A stretch of DNA of 63,911 nucleotides, counting the filler, from Reclinomonas americana ATCC 50394 (Eukaryota), in assembly GCA_048213135.1 (NCBI GenBank). It is 9 parts of 4 records of this genome, joined end to end, with 100 filler letters (N's around TTAATTAATTAA, not from the genome) between each part and the next. Parts side by side here need not be neighbours in the genome. Positions count along the whole stretch, not along the records: positions 1 to 13,095 come from PS015357.1; positions 13,196 to 26,383 come from PS015357.1; 7 more parts are not named here. One strand, 5' to 3'. Below, piece by piece: positions 11,946 through 22,931 of the stretch. Every line of letters starts with the position of its first letter. The stretch's first letter is position 1. The notes below the pieces were generated by a model. It was given only the letters and a program-made list of their open reading frames with translations. It was not told the origin of the DNA and did no database searches. The position numbers were made by a program, and so were the translations under genes.

Positions 11946-12614
11946 ATGTCTTTGACGCTCTATTTCCACCCGCTCTCCTGCTACTGCCAGAAGGTGCTGG
12001 TGGCGCTCTATGAGAACGGCACGCCGTTCACGCCGAAGTTGGTCAATCTCGGCGATCCCGGTGAGCGCGCCGACTTCCTCGCGCTCTGGCCGATGGGCAA
12101 GTTCCCGCTGCTGGCAGACGGCGCGCGGCTGGTGCCCGAGAGCAGCGTCATCATCGAATATCTCGCTCTGCACCGTGCCGGCCCGGAGGCGTTGCTGCCG
12201 GAGAATCCGGTCGCGGCGCTCGACATCCGCCGGCTCGACCGCTTCTTCGACCTCTATGTGACCAGTCCGATGCAGAAGATCGTGCTCGACCGCATCCGGC
12301 CCGCCGAGAGCAAGGATCCGCTCGGTGTCGATGAGGCGAAGGAGATGCTGAAGCGCGCCTATGGCGTGTTGGAGGCCGAGCTGGGTGATCGAAGCTGGTC
12401 CGCCGGCGAGCGCTTCACCATGGCCGACTGCTCGGCCGCGCCGGCCCTGTTCTATGCCGAGCGTTGTGTCTCCTTCCAGAGCAGCTATCCGCGCCTCGCT
12501 GCCTATTTCGAGCGCCTGCGGACAAGGCCTTCCTTTGCTCGCGTATTGGCCGAGGCCGAGCCCTTTTTCCAGTTCTTCCCGCGCAATCCCGGCGATGCCG
12601 AGCTCTCCCGCTAG
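11946..12614 (+). CDS. Glutathione S-transferase family protein
   Basis: LYFHPLSCYCQKV, PMGKFPLL, ESSVIIEYL, FTMADC. Confidence 0.92.
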   Translation: MSLTLYFHPLSCYCQKVLVALYENGTPFTPKLVNLGDPGERADFLALWPMGKFPLLADGARLVPESSVIIEYLALHRAGPEALLPENPVAALDIRRLDRFFDLYVTSPMQKIVLDRIRPAESKDPLGVDEAKEMLKRAYGVLEAELGDRSWSAGERFTMADCSAAPALFYAERCVSFQSSYPRLAAYFERLRTRPSFARVLAEAEPFFQFFPRNPGDAELSR

Positions 12615-12655
12615 GCCGGCCGCGTCACTCTCACGATCACTGAAAGGAAACGATC

Positions 12656-13095
12656 ATGACTGCCAATCCCGTCGTCCATGCCAGCTTCACCATCGAGCGC
12701 ACCTATGCCGCATCCCCGGCCCGTGTCTTCGCGGCCTTTTCCGATCCCTCCCAGAAGCGCCGCTGGTTCGCCGAGGGCGAGGGCTGGGAGGTCGAGCAGT
12801 TCGATGTCGATTTCCGCGTCGGCGGCCATGAGCGCAGCCGCTTCCGCTTCCAGGGCGGCCCGCCGATCACCAATGACAGCGTCTATCAGGTGATCCAGCC
12901 GAACGAGCGCATCATCCTCGCCTACACCATGACGATCGACGGCACACCGCTCTCGGGCTCGCTGCTGACCATGGAATTCGTGCCCGAGGGCACCGGCACG
13001 AGGTTCGTCTTCACCGAGCAGGGCGCCTATCTCGACGGCAAGGATGCTCCGATCCAGCGCGAAGAAGGCTCGCGCGAATTGCTCGAGGCGCTGGC
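12656..13095 (+). CDS. SRPBCC/AHSA1-family protein, 3' truncated at scaffold end
   Basis: Paralogous to 11412-11885 (HASFTIERTY, DFRVGG, GTRFVFTEQ). Confidence 0.85.
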
Positions 13096-13195
13096 NNNNN
13101 NNNNNNNNNNNNNNNNNNNNNNNNNNNNNNNNNNNNNNNTTAATTAATTAANNNNNNNNNNNNNNNNNNNNNNNNNNNNNNNNNNNNNNNNNNNN
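13096..13195. other. Artificial scaffold linker (44 N + TTAATTAATTAA + 44 N); identical linkers have cores at 26428, 38059, 43057, 52698, 56341, 58675 and 62788
   Basis: Six-frame stop 12-mer flanked by 44 N on each side, repeated eight times. Confidence 0.98.
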
Positions 13196-13363
13196 CGAGC
13201 CGGCGGACGCGGCGGTATGAGGCGGTGCAGGCTGAATGGAGCGCCGACTTCATTCAGCCGCAGTTCATCCCCGGCCGGCTAACCGGCATGCTGGCGGCAT
13301 CTGAACCGGGAAAACCCGGCTGGTGCCGCTTCCGATGCCGCGATCCGGGGGGATCACTCGACT

Positions 13364-13956
13364 GTGCTGAAGGCCGTCGATCCGAACACCGTGCCTGCCG
13401 GCCCGCCATCCGACTGGCAGGTCACAAAAAGCTTCGCCCGCCTCACCGGCGGCTTCTGGCGCGGCGGCACCGCCGGCCGGGCCTGGCTCTGGTCGCTGAC
13501 GCTGGCGAGCGCGATCATCCTCTCCGTCTTCGCCAACGTCACCGTCAACCGCTGGAACGGCTGGTTCTTCGATGCGCTCGAGAAGAAGGACGGCGAGAGC
13601 GCGCTGATCGCCATGGCGGTCTTCCCCGTGCTGGTGCTGATCGCGGCGGGCCTCGGCGTCATCATCCTGATCTCGCGCGAGACATTCCAGGTCCATTGGC
13701 GCGCCTATGTCACCGGAAAGCTCGCCGATGGCTGGATCGGCGAGCGCCGCTTCTACCGCCTCGGCCTCTCCGGCTACGAGCCGGCCAATCCCGAATACCG
13801 CATCGCCGACGATGTCCGCTGGGCCACCGAGCCGGTGGTCGATTTCGCCATCGGCCTGCTCTCGGCCGTCATCACCGCGATCACCTTCATCGGCATCCTC
13901 TGGTCGATCGGCGGCTCGCTCAGCGTCGAGGCCCATGGCGTCCCCTTCGAGATCCC
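13364..13956 (+). CDS. ABC transporter membrane domain (SbmA/BacA-like, YddA-type), partial
   Basis: VNRWNGWFFDALEKKD and NPEYRIADDV motifs; TM helices. Confidence 0.8.
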
Positions 13957-14935
13957 NNNNNNNNNNNNNNNNNNNNNNNNNNNNNNNNNNNNNNNNNNNN
14001 NNNNNNNNNNNNNNNNNNNNNNNNNNNNNNNNNNNNNNNNNNNNNNNNNNNNNNNNNNNNNNNNNNNNNNNNNNNNNNNNNNNNNNNNNNNNNNNNNNNN
14101 NNNNNNNNNNNNNNNNNNNNNNNNNNNNNNNNNNNNNNNNNNNNNNNNNNNNNNNNNNNNNNNNNNNNNNNNNNNNNNNNNNNNNNNNNNNNNNNNNNNN
14201 NNNNNNNNNNNNNNNNNNNNNNNNNNNNNNNNNNNNNNNNNNNNNNNNNNNNNNNNNNNNNNNNNNNNNNNNNNNNNNNNNNNNNNNNNNNNNNNNNNNN
14301 NNNNNNNNNNNNNNNNNNNNNNNNNNNNNNNNNNNNNNNNNNNNNNNNNNNNNNNNNNNNNNNNNNNNNNNNNNNNNNNNNNNNNNNNNNNNNNNNNNNN
14401 NNNNNNNNNNNNNNNNNNNNNNNNNNNNNNNNNNNNNNNNNNNNNNNNNNNNNNNNNNNNNNNNNNNNNNNNNNNNNNNNNNNNNNNNNNNNNNNNNNNN
14501 NNNNNNNNNNNNNNNNNNNNNNNNNNNNNNNNNNNNNNNNNNNNNNNNNNNNNNNNNNNNNNNNNNNNNNNNNNNNNNNNNNNNNNNNNNNNNNNNNNNN
14601 NNNNNNNNNNNNNNNNNNNNNNNNNNNNNNNNNNNNNNNNNNNNNNNNNNNNNNNNNNNNNNNNNNNNNNNNNNNNNNNNNNNNNNNNNNNNNNNNNNNN
14701 NNNNNNNNNNNNNNNNNNNNNNNNNNNNNNNNNNNNNNNNNNNNNNNNNNNNNNNNNNNNNNNNNNNNNNNNNNNNNNNNNNNNNNNNNNNNNNNNNNNN
14801 NNNNNNNNNNNNNNNNNNNNNNNNNNNNNNNNNNNNNNNNNNNNNNNNNNNNNNNNNNNNNNNNNNNNNNNNNNNNNNNNNNNNNNNNNNNNNNNNNNNN
14901 NNNNNNNNNNNNNNNNNNNNNNNNNNNNNNAACGC

Positions 14936-15500
14936 ATGCTGAACATCTGGGGACGTCTATTGGGGCCTGCGGGTCGAGCAGTGCCCCTGCGACGTGCATT
15001 TCGTCGAATGGCTGGAAGAGCAGGGCCTAACGGGCAAGCGCATCTATCATTTCGGTACCGGCGGCCATCACTATGTCGGCATCCGCTGCGCCGAGCCGGA
15101 GCTGGACAGCACCGTGCTCGGGATCACAGCTTCGCCCAAGGAGTACGAGGCCTTCGTCAAGCTCGCGATCGACAATCCGACGATCACCAAGAGCTACAGC
15201 GCCTATTTCGGCGACATCTACACCAGCAATGCCCGGCTGCTGCCGCGCTTCGACATCGTCACGCTGTTCCACTCCTGCGAGTTCCGCAGCGAGAAGAACG
15301 ACGCCTATGGCGCGCTGACAGATCTCGAGGTGATGCAGCTCTTCACCGACCAGACCGATGCCGGCGGCCATATCCTGTTCTATACCGGCTCCTTCGCCTA
15401 TGAGGCGGCCAAGCCGATCATCGAGGACTGGGCCAGGTCGCGCCCGGTCGAGGAGATCGGCGAGTTCAAGACGCTCCGGGTCTTCCGCAAGACCGCCTGA
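14936..15500 (+). CDS. Conserved hypothetical, class I SAM-methyltransferase-like; apparent +1 frameshift in a G-run at ~14949-14952
   Basis: ATG CTG AAC ATC TGG (G) GAC GTC TAT TGG... gives MLNIWDVYWGLRVEQCPCDVHF. IYHFGTGGH resembles motif I; GDIY; FDIVTLFH. Confidence 0.55.
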
Positions 15501-15569
15501 AGCGGTTGCGCCGGTCGCTGAACGGCGCTAATTCCGTCCCATCGCCCCATACCAACCAAGGAGGGCTGC

Positions 15570-15641
15570 GTGATCACGTTCTTTCGTCACCATCGTCAGC
15601 GCGGCCCCGTCCAGGCCCTGCAAGCCAGCTTGCAGGGCTGA
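15570..15641 (+). CDS. Putative 23-aa leader peptide MITFFRHHRQRGPVQALQASLQG upstream of the ABC-F gene
   Basis: AAGGAGG (15558-15564) lies 5 nt before GTG. The 3' half is sequestered in a perfect 11-bp inverted repeat (15615-15638). Confidence 0.55.
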   Translation: MITFFRHHRQRGPVQALQASLQG

Positions 15642-15827
15642 CCGCACAGGCGTTTCCTCAGGTTATCGTCCAGGTCTGCCCTTCGTGAGGGCGTAGCGTC
15701 TTCGAGCCCGGAGCTCGGTCAGCTGCGTCCATCCCCTCATCGAGCCAGGCGTTCCGCATTCGTAGTGCTCGGGGCAAGGACCCCCGGCCGAATGACGGCG
15801 CGCGGCTCGGGCAGTTCCGAGACGACC

Positions 15828-17085
15828 ATGACCCTGATCACCCTGCGCAATCTCGGCGTCACGCTGGGCGCACCCCTGTTCTCCGATCTCTCCTTCTCCC
15901 TCGTCGTCGGCGACCGCCTCGGCCTTGTCGCCGCCAATGGCCGCGGCAAGTCGACATTGCTGCGCTGCCTCGCCGGTTCGCTCGAACCATCAGCCGGCGA
16001 GATCATCCGCTCGCGCGGCCTGCGCATCGGCCATGTCGAACAGGACGCGCCGCCGCAACTGCTGCAGCAGCCCGTCGACCAAGTGCTGCTCGACCGGTTG
16101 CCGGCCGACCAGCGCGAGAGCGAGCATTGGCGCGTCGAGGTCGCCCTCGACACGCTGTCCGTACCGACGGAGTTGCGCCGCCGCCCGCTCGGGCAATTGA
16201 GTGGCGGCTGGCAACGGCTGGTCCTGCTCGCCCGCGCCGGCATCGCCGAGCCGGACCTTCTCCTGCTCGACGAGCCGACGAACCATCTCGACCTCGCGCG
16301 CATCGGCCTGCTGGAAAGCTGGCTCGCCGCGTTGCCGCGCGACGTTGCCGTAATCCTGTCGAGTCATGACCGTGCTTCCTCGACGCGACCACCAACCGCA
16401 CGCTGTTNNNNNNNNNNNNNNNNNNNNNNNNNNNNNNNNNNNNNNNNNNNNNNNNNNNNNNNNNNNNNNNNNNNNNNNNNNNNNNNNNNNNNNNNNNNNN
16501 NNNNNNNNNNNNNNNNNNNNNNNNNNNNNNNNNNNNNNNNNNNNNNNNNNNNNNNNNNNNNNNNNNNNNNNNNNNNNNNNNNNNNNNNNNNNNNNNNNNN
16601 NNNNNNNNNNNNNNNNNNNNNNNNNNNNNNNNNNNNNNNNNNNNNNNNNNNNNNNNNNNNNNNNNNNNNNNNNNNNNNNNNNNNNNNNNNNNNNNNNNNN
16701 NNNNNNNNNNNNNNNNNNNNNNNNNNNNNNNNNNNNNNNNNNNNNNNNNNNNNNNNNNNNNNNNNNNNNNNNNNNNNNNNNNNNNNNNNNNNNNNNNNNN
16801 NNNCTCTCAGGCGGGCAGAGGGCAAGGCTCGCCATGCTGGCGCTGCGCCTCGCCAGGCCGAATTTCTACCTGCTGGACGAGCCGACCAACCATCTCGACA
16901 TCGAGGGGCAGGAGGCGCTGGAGGCCGAACTGAATGCCGGCGACACCAGCTGCCTCCTGGTCTCGCATGACCGCAGCTTCGTCCGGGCCGTCGGCAACCG
17001 CTTCTGGCGGATCGAAAGGCGGCGGCTGGTCGAGATCGACGATCCCGAGGCCTTCTTCCGGGAGGCGATGGAGGCGCAGGGCTGA
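15828..17085 (+). CDS. ABC-F family ATPase (two ABC domains, no TM), interrupted by gap
   Basis: AANGRGKSTLL, LSGGW, LLLLDEPTNHLD, SHDR; second domain LSGGQRARL, DEPTNHLD, VSHDR. Confidence 0.9.
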
Positions 17086-17277
17086 CCACCATGTGACGAT
17101 CGCCACAAAGCGGCCGGCGCGTCCTGCGCCGGCCTCATGGCGCGCATTCGCCGCGTCGTCCTGTCTTGTGCATCGCGGCGAAGGCGCTATCTCTCGGGTC
17201 CGGCCGTCAGGCCAGTCGCCAGCAACCCGCCTTGCCCGCCGCATTCTGCGTGCGGGCGCAACCCGACAAGAGCATCG

Positions 17278-19137
17278 ATGTCCTTCGGCCCGCACGAGCC
17301 AGGAATGCCGCTGCGCAAGCGCAGCCGCTGGTGGTGGCTTGGTCCGCTCGCCTCTTCGGTGATCTTCGTCGCCTCGCTGGTGGTGCTCTACTACATCGTG
17401 CGCGAGATCGAGCCGGGCGAGCTCGCCCGTGCCTTCGCCAATGCCAGCCAGCGCCAGCTCCTGCTCGCGCTCGGCTTCACCGCGCTGAGCTATCTGCTGC
17501 TCACTGGCTATGATGCGCTGGCGCTGCGCCGGCTCGGCCTGTCGATTCCCTACCGGACGACGGCGCTCGCCTCCTTCACCAGCTATTCCGTCGCCTTCAC
17601 ATTGGGTTTCCCGATCGTGACTGGCGGCACCGTGCGCTACTAGGTCTATTCGGCCAAGGGCGTGCGCGCCTCGGAGGTCGCGAGCCTCACCGTCATCGCC
17701 GGCCTGACCTTCTGGCTCGGCCTCGGCATGATCCTCTGCGCCAGCCTGTTCTACGCGACGGAATCGGTCGCCGTGCTGGCGCGGACCTCGCCGCTGGTGA
17801 TCCAGGCGGTGGGCGCCGCCGTGGCGCTCGGCACGGCAGGCTATCTCTTCTGGGTCGCGACCGGCGAGCGCACCTTGCGGNNNNNNNNNNNNNNNNNNNN
17901 NNNNNNNNNNNNNNNNNNNNNNNNNNNNNNNNNNNNNNNNNNNNNNNNNNNNNNNNNNNNNNNNNNNNNNNNNNNNNNNNNNNNNNNNNNNNNNNNNNNN
18001 NNNNNNNNNNNNNNNNNNNNNNNNNNNNNNNNNNNNNNNNNNNNNNNNNNNNNNNNNNNNNNNNNNNNNNNNNNNNNNNNNNNNNNNNNNNNNNNNNNNN
18101 NNNNNNNNNNNNNNNNNNNNNNNNNNNNNNNNNNNNNNNNNNNNNNNNNNNNNNNNNNNNNNNNNNNNNNNNNNNNNNNNNNNNNNNNNNNNNNNNNNNN
18201 NNNNNNNNNNNNNNNNNNNNNNNNNNNNNNNNNNNNNNNNNNNNNNNNNNNNNNNNNNNNNNNNNNNNNNNNNNNNNNNNNNNNNNNNNNNNNNNNNNNN
18301 NNNNNNNNNNNNNNNNNNNNNNNNNNNNNNNNNNNNNNNNNNNNNNNNNNNNNNNNNNNNNNNNNNNNNNNNNNNNNNNNNNNNNNNNNNNNNNNNNNNN
18401 NNNNNNNNNNNNNNNNNNNNNNNNNNNNNNNNNNNNNNNNNNNNNNNNNNNNNNNNNNNNNNNNNNNNNNNNNNNNNNNNNNNNNNNNNNNNNNNNNNNN
18501 NNNNNNNNNNNNNNNNNNNNNNNNNNNNNNNNNNNNNNNNNNNNNNNNNNNNNNNNNNNNNNNNNNNNNNNNNNNNNNNNNNNNNNNNNNNNNNNNNNNN
18601 NNNNNNNNNNNNNNNNNNNNNNNNNNNNNNNNNNNNNNNNNNNNNNNNNNNNNNNNNNNNNNNNNNNNNNNNNNNNNNNNNNNNNNNNNNNNNNNNNNNN
18701 NNNNNNNNNNNNNNNNNNNNNNNNNNNNNNNNNNNNNNNNNNNNNNNNNNNNNNNNNNNNNNNNNNNNNNNNNNNNNNNNNNNNNNNNNNNNNGCCTGGG
18801 CGTCACGCTGGCGCAGATGCTGCTCGGCGCCGCCGAGGTCTGCGCCGCCGCCGCCGTGCTCTATGTGCTGCTGCCGGGCGGCCACAACCTGCCCTATGAG
18901 AGCTTCCTGGCGGCCTATATCTTCGCCTGCCTGATCGGCATCGCCAGCCATGCGCCGGGTGGGCTCGGCGTCTTCGAGGCGACGATGCTGATCGCGCTCA
19001 GCCGCCTGCCTTTCGAGCAGGTGCTGGGCGCGCTGCTGCTCTTCCGCATCATCTACTACATCCTGCCGTTCATCCTGGCGCTGGTGCTGCTGGCGCTGAA
19101 CGAGATGATCCGGCGCATCCGGCGGCACGAGATCTGA
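17278..19137 (+). CDS. UPF0104/lysylphosphatidylglycerol-synthase TM-domain (MprF N-terminal-like) protein; in-frame TAG at 17641-17643 and gap
   Basis: YLLLTGYDALAL, GGTVRY*VYS, SHAPGGLGVFEA, ALLLFRIIYYILP. Confidence 0.8.
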
Positions 19138-19248
19138 CGCCGCTTCACCAGCCTTGATCGGGCAAATCTCCTTGACGCGGCTGCGGGTCGGATGCCACCT
19201 CGACTCCGCCGGGCCCGTGTCGAGGAAGCTGCCGGCCCGGGGTAAGCG

Positions 19249-19742
19249 GTGGACGCGACCAACCTCATCGACGAGATCTACGAGGCTGCCGTCGTGCCGG
19301 AGCGATGGGCTGGTGTGCTCGACCACCTGGCGGCGCGCGCCGGCGGTGTCGGCACGATTCTGTTCGCGGCCTCGCCGAACCGGTTCCAGTGGACCGCGTC
19401 GCGAGCCATCCAGGATGTCACGGCCGAATGGGTCGCTTCGCCCTTCGTCGCGGACAATCTGCGGGGCAAGCGCCTGGTCCCGCTCTATGAACCGCGTTTC
19501 CTGACCGATCTCGACGCGATCGCGCCCGAAGAGCTCGAACAGGATCCGTTCTATCGCGATTTCCTCAGACCGCGCGGCTGGGGCTGGTGCGTCGGCACCT
19601 CGATCCGTTCGACCAGCGGCGACAGCATCGTCTTCTCGATCGAGCGCCTCTATGCCGACGGCCCGGTTCCGCGCGAGACGGCCGCGGCGCTCGACCAGTT
19701 CCGCCCTCATCTGGCGCGGGCCTCGATCATCGCGGCGCGCCT
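19249..19742 (+). CDS. LuxR-type HTH regulator, N-terminal sensory part (partial)
   Basis: LIDEIYEAAVVPERW...PFYRDFLRPRG...PHLARA, typical of alphaproteobacterial GAF/PAS-LuxR proteins. The HTH is not visible. Confidence 0.6.
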
Positions 19743-19768
19743 NNNNNNNNNNNNNNNNNNNNCATCTG

Positions 19769-20794
19769 ATGCGCAAACTTCTCATTCTCACGGCCGCTGC
19801 CATCGGCCTGACGGGCGCTGCCCAGGCTGCCGACATCACTGGCGCCGGCGCGACCTTTCCCTTCCCGATCTATTCGAAGTGGGCCGAGGCCTATAAGAAG
19901 GAGAGCGGCGTCGGCCTGAACTACCAGTCGATCGGCTCGGGTGGCGGCATCCGCCAGATCAAGGCGAAGACCGTCGCCTTCGGCGCCACCGACGCCCCGC
20001 TCAAGGGCGAGGAGCTGACCAAGGACGGCCTGATCCAGTTCCCGACCGTGATGGGCGGCGTCGTCCCCGCCATCAACATCGCCGGCGTCGAGCCCGGCAA
20101 GCTCAAGCTCTCGGGCGAGCTGATCGCCGAGATCTATCTCGGCAACATCAAGAAGTGGAACGATCCGAAGATCGTGGCGCTGAACGCCGACCTGAAGCTG
20201 CCCGACGCCAACATCAACCCGGTCTACCGTTCGGACGGCTCGGGCACGACGTTCGTCTTCACCGACTACCTCTCCAAGGTCTCGGCCGATTGGAAGTCGA
20301 AGATCGGCACCAACACGGCCGTTCAGTGGCCGGTCGGCATCGGCGGCAAGGGCAATGAGGGCGTCTCGGCCTCGGTCAAGCAGGTCGCCAACTCGATCGG
20401 CTATGTCGAGTATGCCTATGCCAAGCAGAACAAGCTCGCCCACGCCCTCGTCAAGAACGCCGACGGCAACTTCCCGGCGCCGGACGACAAGGCCTTCCAG
20501 GCCGCTGCCGCCAACGCCAACTGGAACGAGGCTCCCGGCTTCGGCATCTCGCTGAACAACCAGAAGGGCGCCAACGCCTGGCCGATCACCTCCGCCACCT
20601 TCCTGCTCGTGCACGCCAAGCCCGAGAAGCCGGAAGAGGTGCAGGCCGCGCTGAAGTTCGTCGACTGGGCCTATAAGAGCGGCGACCAGCTCGCGCTCGA
20701 TCTCGACTACGTGCCGCTGCCGGCCAACGTCAAGGATCAGGTCCGCAACGCCTGGAAGGGCGTGACCGACCCGGCGGGCAAGCCGATCTTCTGA
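19769..20794 (+). CDS. pstS: Phosphate ABC transporter substrate-binding protein
   Basis: GAGATFP, YQSIGSGGG, RSDGSGTT, GKGNEGV. Confidence 0.97.
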   Translation: MRKLLILTAAAIGLTGAAQAADITGAGATFPFPIYSKWAEAYKKESGVGLNYQSIGSGGGIRQIKAKTVAFGATDAPLKGEELTKDGLIQFPTVMGGVVPAINIAGVEPGKLKLSGELIAEIYLGNIKKWNDPKIVALNADLKLPDANINPVYRSDGSGTTFVFTDYLSKVSADWKSKIGTNTAVQWPVGIGGKGNEGVSASVKQVANSIGYVEYAYAKQNKLAHALVKNADGNFPAPDDKAFQAAAANANWNEAPGFGISLNNQKGANAWPITSATFLLVHAKPEKPEEVQAALKFVDWAYKSGDQLALDLDYVPLPANVKDQVRNAWKGVTDPAGKPIF

Positions 20795-20817
20795 TCGCTT
20801 CCGCGTGACGATACGGG

Positions 20818-20842
20818 GCGGGGGCCGGACAAGGGCCCCCGC
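20818..20842 (+). promoter_or_regulatory. GC-rich stem-loop between pstS and pstC (mRNA stabiliser/attenuator)
   Basis: GCGGGGGCC-ggacaag-GGCCCCCGC. Confidence 0.55.
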
Positions 20843-20905
20843 TTCCGCGACGACCAGAGCTCGTTTCGCCCCGATAGTCGCCTTTCGAGACCGGAGTAAC
20901 CACGG

Positions 20906-21874
20906 ATGTCTGCCGTGACCGATCAGTTCGCCGTGCCGAGTGCACCGGTGCGCAAGACCCCGATGGGGACCTTCGATCTCATCTTCCGCAATGCCAGCTT
21001 CCTGGCGGCGCTGTTCGTGCTGGTGCTGCTCGCCGGCATCATGCTCTCGATGGTCGTAGGCGGCTGGCCCGCCTTCCGCGAATTCGGCTTCGGCTTCATC
21101 ACCTCCAGCGTCTGGGACACTCAGAACGAGCAGTACGGTGCCTGGCCGGCCATCGTCGGTACCCTCTCGACCGCGCTGATCGCGCTCGTCGTCGGCGTTC
21201 CGCTCTCGCTGGGTATCGCCGTCTTCCTGACCCAGCTGGCCCCGCCCTGGTTCAAGCAGCCGGTCTCGACCGCGATCGAGCTGCTCGCCGCCGTGCCCTC
21301 GATCATCTACGGCATGTGGGGGCTGTTCGTCTTCGCGCCGCTGTTCGCGGCCTATGTCCAGATCCCGCTCTCGAACATCGTCGAGGGCATGCCGATCATC
21401 GGCACGGTCCTGTATTCGCGCTCGCCTTCGGGCCTGGGCATCCTGACCGCCGGGATCATCCTGGCCTTCATGATCATCCCCTTCATCGCCTCGATCACCC
21501 GTGACATGCTCGACCAGATCCCGTCGGTGCTGCGCGAGAGCGCCTACGGCATCGGCGCGACGACCTGGGAAGTGGTGCGCCATGTCCTGGTGCCGCAGGC
21601 CGGCGTCTCGATCATCGGAGCGATCATGCTCGGTCTCGGCCGGGCGCTGGGCGAGACCATGGCGGTGACCTTCGTCGTCGGCAACGCCAACCGGCTCTCT
21701 TCCTCGGTCATGGATCCCGGCTCGACCATCGCCTCGCGCATCGCCAATGAGTTCAACGAGGCGCTCGGGCTGCAGCTGAACTCGCTGATCGCGCTCGGCT
21801 GCATCCTGTTCTTCGTCACCTTCGTCGTCCTCGTCATCGCGCGCCTCCTGGTCGCGCGGGTGAAGCGCTACTGA
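20906..21874 (+). CDS. pstC: Phosphate ABC transporter permease
   Basis: ELLAAVPSIIYGMWG, ESAYGIGATTWE, LGRALGETMAV. Confidence 0.96.
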   Translation: MSAVTDQFAVPSAPVRKTPMGTFDLIFRNASFLAALFVLVLLAGIMLSMVVGGWPAFREFGFGFITSSVWDTQNEQYGAWPAIVGTLSTALIALVVGVPLSLGIAVFLTQLAPPWFKQPVSTAIELLAAVPSIIYGMWGLFVFAPLFAAYVQIPLSNIVEGMPIIGTVLYSRSPSGLGILTAGIILAFMIIPFIASITRDMLDQIPSVLRESAYGIGATTWEVVRHVLVPQAGVSIIGAIMLGLGRALGETMAVTFVVGNANRLSSSVMDPGSTIASRIANEFNEALGLQLNSLIALGCILFFVTFVVLVIARLLVARVKRY

Positions 21875-21888
21875 GCGGAGCTGGACCC

Positions 21889-22909
21889 ATGACCATGGCG
21901 ACATCCACCAAGACCATGACCGCCCCGCATGTCGAATGGGGCCGGGTGCGCCCGGCCCGCCGCACTGCCGACCGGATGATGAAGGTCATCGCGACGAGCT
22001 TTACCCTGATCGCGATCGTCGTGCTGTTCTGGATTCTCGGGATGCTGATCGTGAAGGGTCTGGGCGGGCTCTCCGCCTCGACCTTCACCCAGGTCACGCC
22101 CGGACCGGGCACCGAGGGCGGCGGTCTCGCCAACGCCATCGTCGGCTCGATCGTGCTGACCTTCCTCGGCATCGCCGTGGCGACGCCGATCGGCGTGCTC
22201 GCCGGCACCTATNNNNNNNNNNNNNNNNNNNNNNNNNNNNNNNNNNNNNNNNNNNNNNNNNNNNNNNNNNNNNNNNNNNNNNNNNNNNNNNNNNNNNNNN
22301 NNNNNNNNNNNNNNNNNNNNNNNNNNNNNNNNNNNNNNNNNNNNNNNNNNNNNNNNNNNNNNNNNNNNNNNNNNNNNNNNNNNNNNNNNNNNNNNNNNNN
22401 NNNNNNNNNNNNNNNNNNNNNNNNNNNNNNNNNNNNNNNNNNNNNNNNNNNNNNNNNNNNNNNNNNNNNNNNNNNNNNNNNNNNNNNNNNNNNNNNNNNN
22501 NNNNNNNNNNNNNNNNNNNNNNNNNNNNNNNNNNNNNNNNNNNNNNNNNNNNNNNNNNNNNNNNNNNNNNNNNNNNNNNNNNNNNNNNNNNNNNNNNNNN
22601 NNNNCGGTCGTCATCACCTCGGTGACCTGGCGCGCCGCCAAGTCGGGCATGGTCACCGGCATCCTGCTGGCGCTCGCCCGCATCGCCGGCGAAACCGCGC
22701 CGCTGATCTTCACCGCGCTCAACAACAATTTCTGGTTCTCGCCCAACCTGATCGGCGGCGTCTCCAATCTGCCGGTGACGATCTACCAGTTCGCCTCCGC
22801 CCCTTACGAGAACTGGCAGCAGCTCGCCTGGGCGGGATCGCTGATCATCACCGTCTCAATCCTCGTGCTTTCCATCATCGCCCGGCGCATCGTGCGCGGC
22901 GGCAAGTGA
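21889..22909 (+). CDS. pstA: Phosphate ABC transporter permease (gap in middle)
   Basis: [28 protein letters not shown]; position in operon. Confidence 0.93.
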
Positions 22910-22931
22910 ACAGCGTCCGATCGGAAGGACC

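Noticed and set aside
16370..16407. Frameshifts suggesting pseudogenes or programmed frameshifting (also ~51146 in the monooxygenase and ~42925 in the SBP)
   Set aside because: All are apparent small indels near contig ends; low-coverage error is more likely.
19249..20794. Apparent LuxR-PstS fusion or tight adjacency
   Set aside because: Separated by a 20-N gap of unknown true size.
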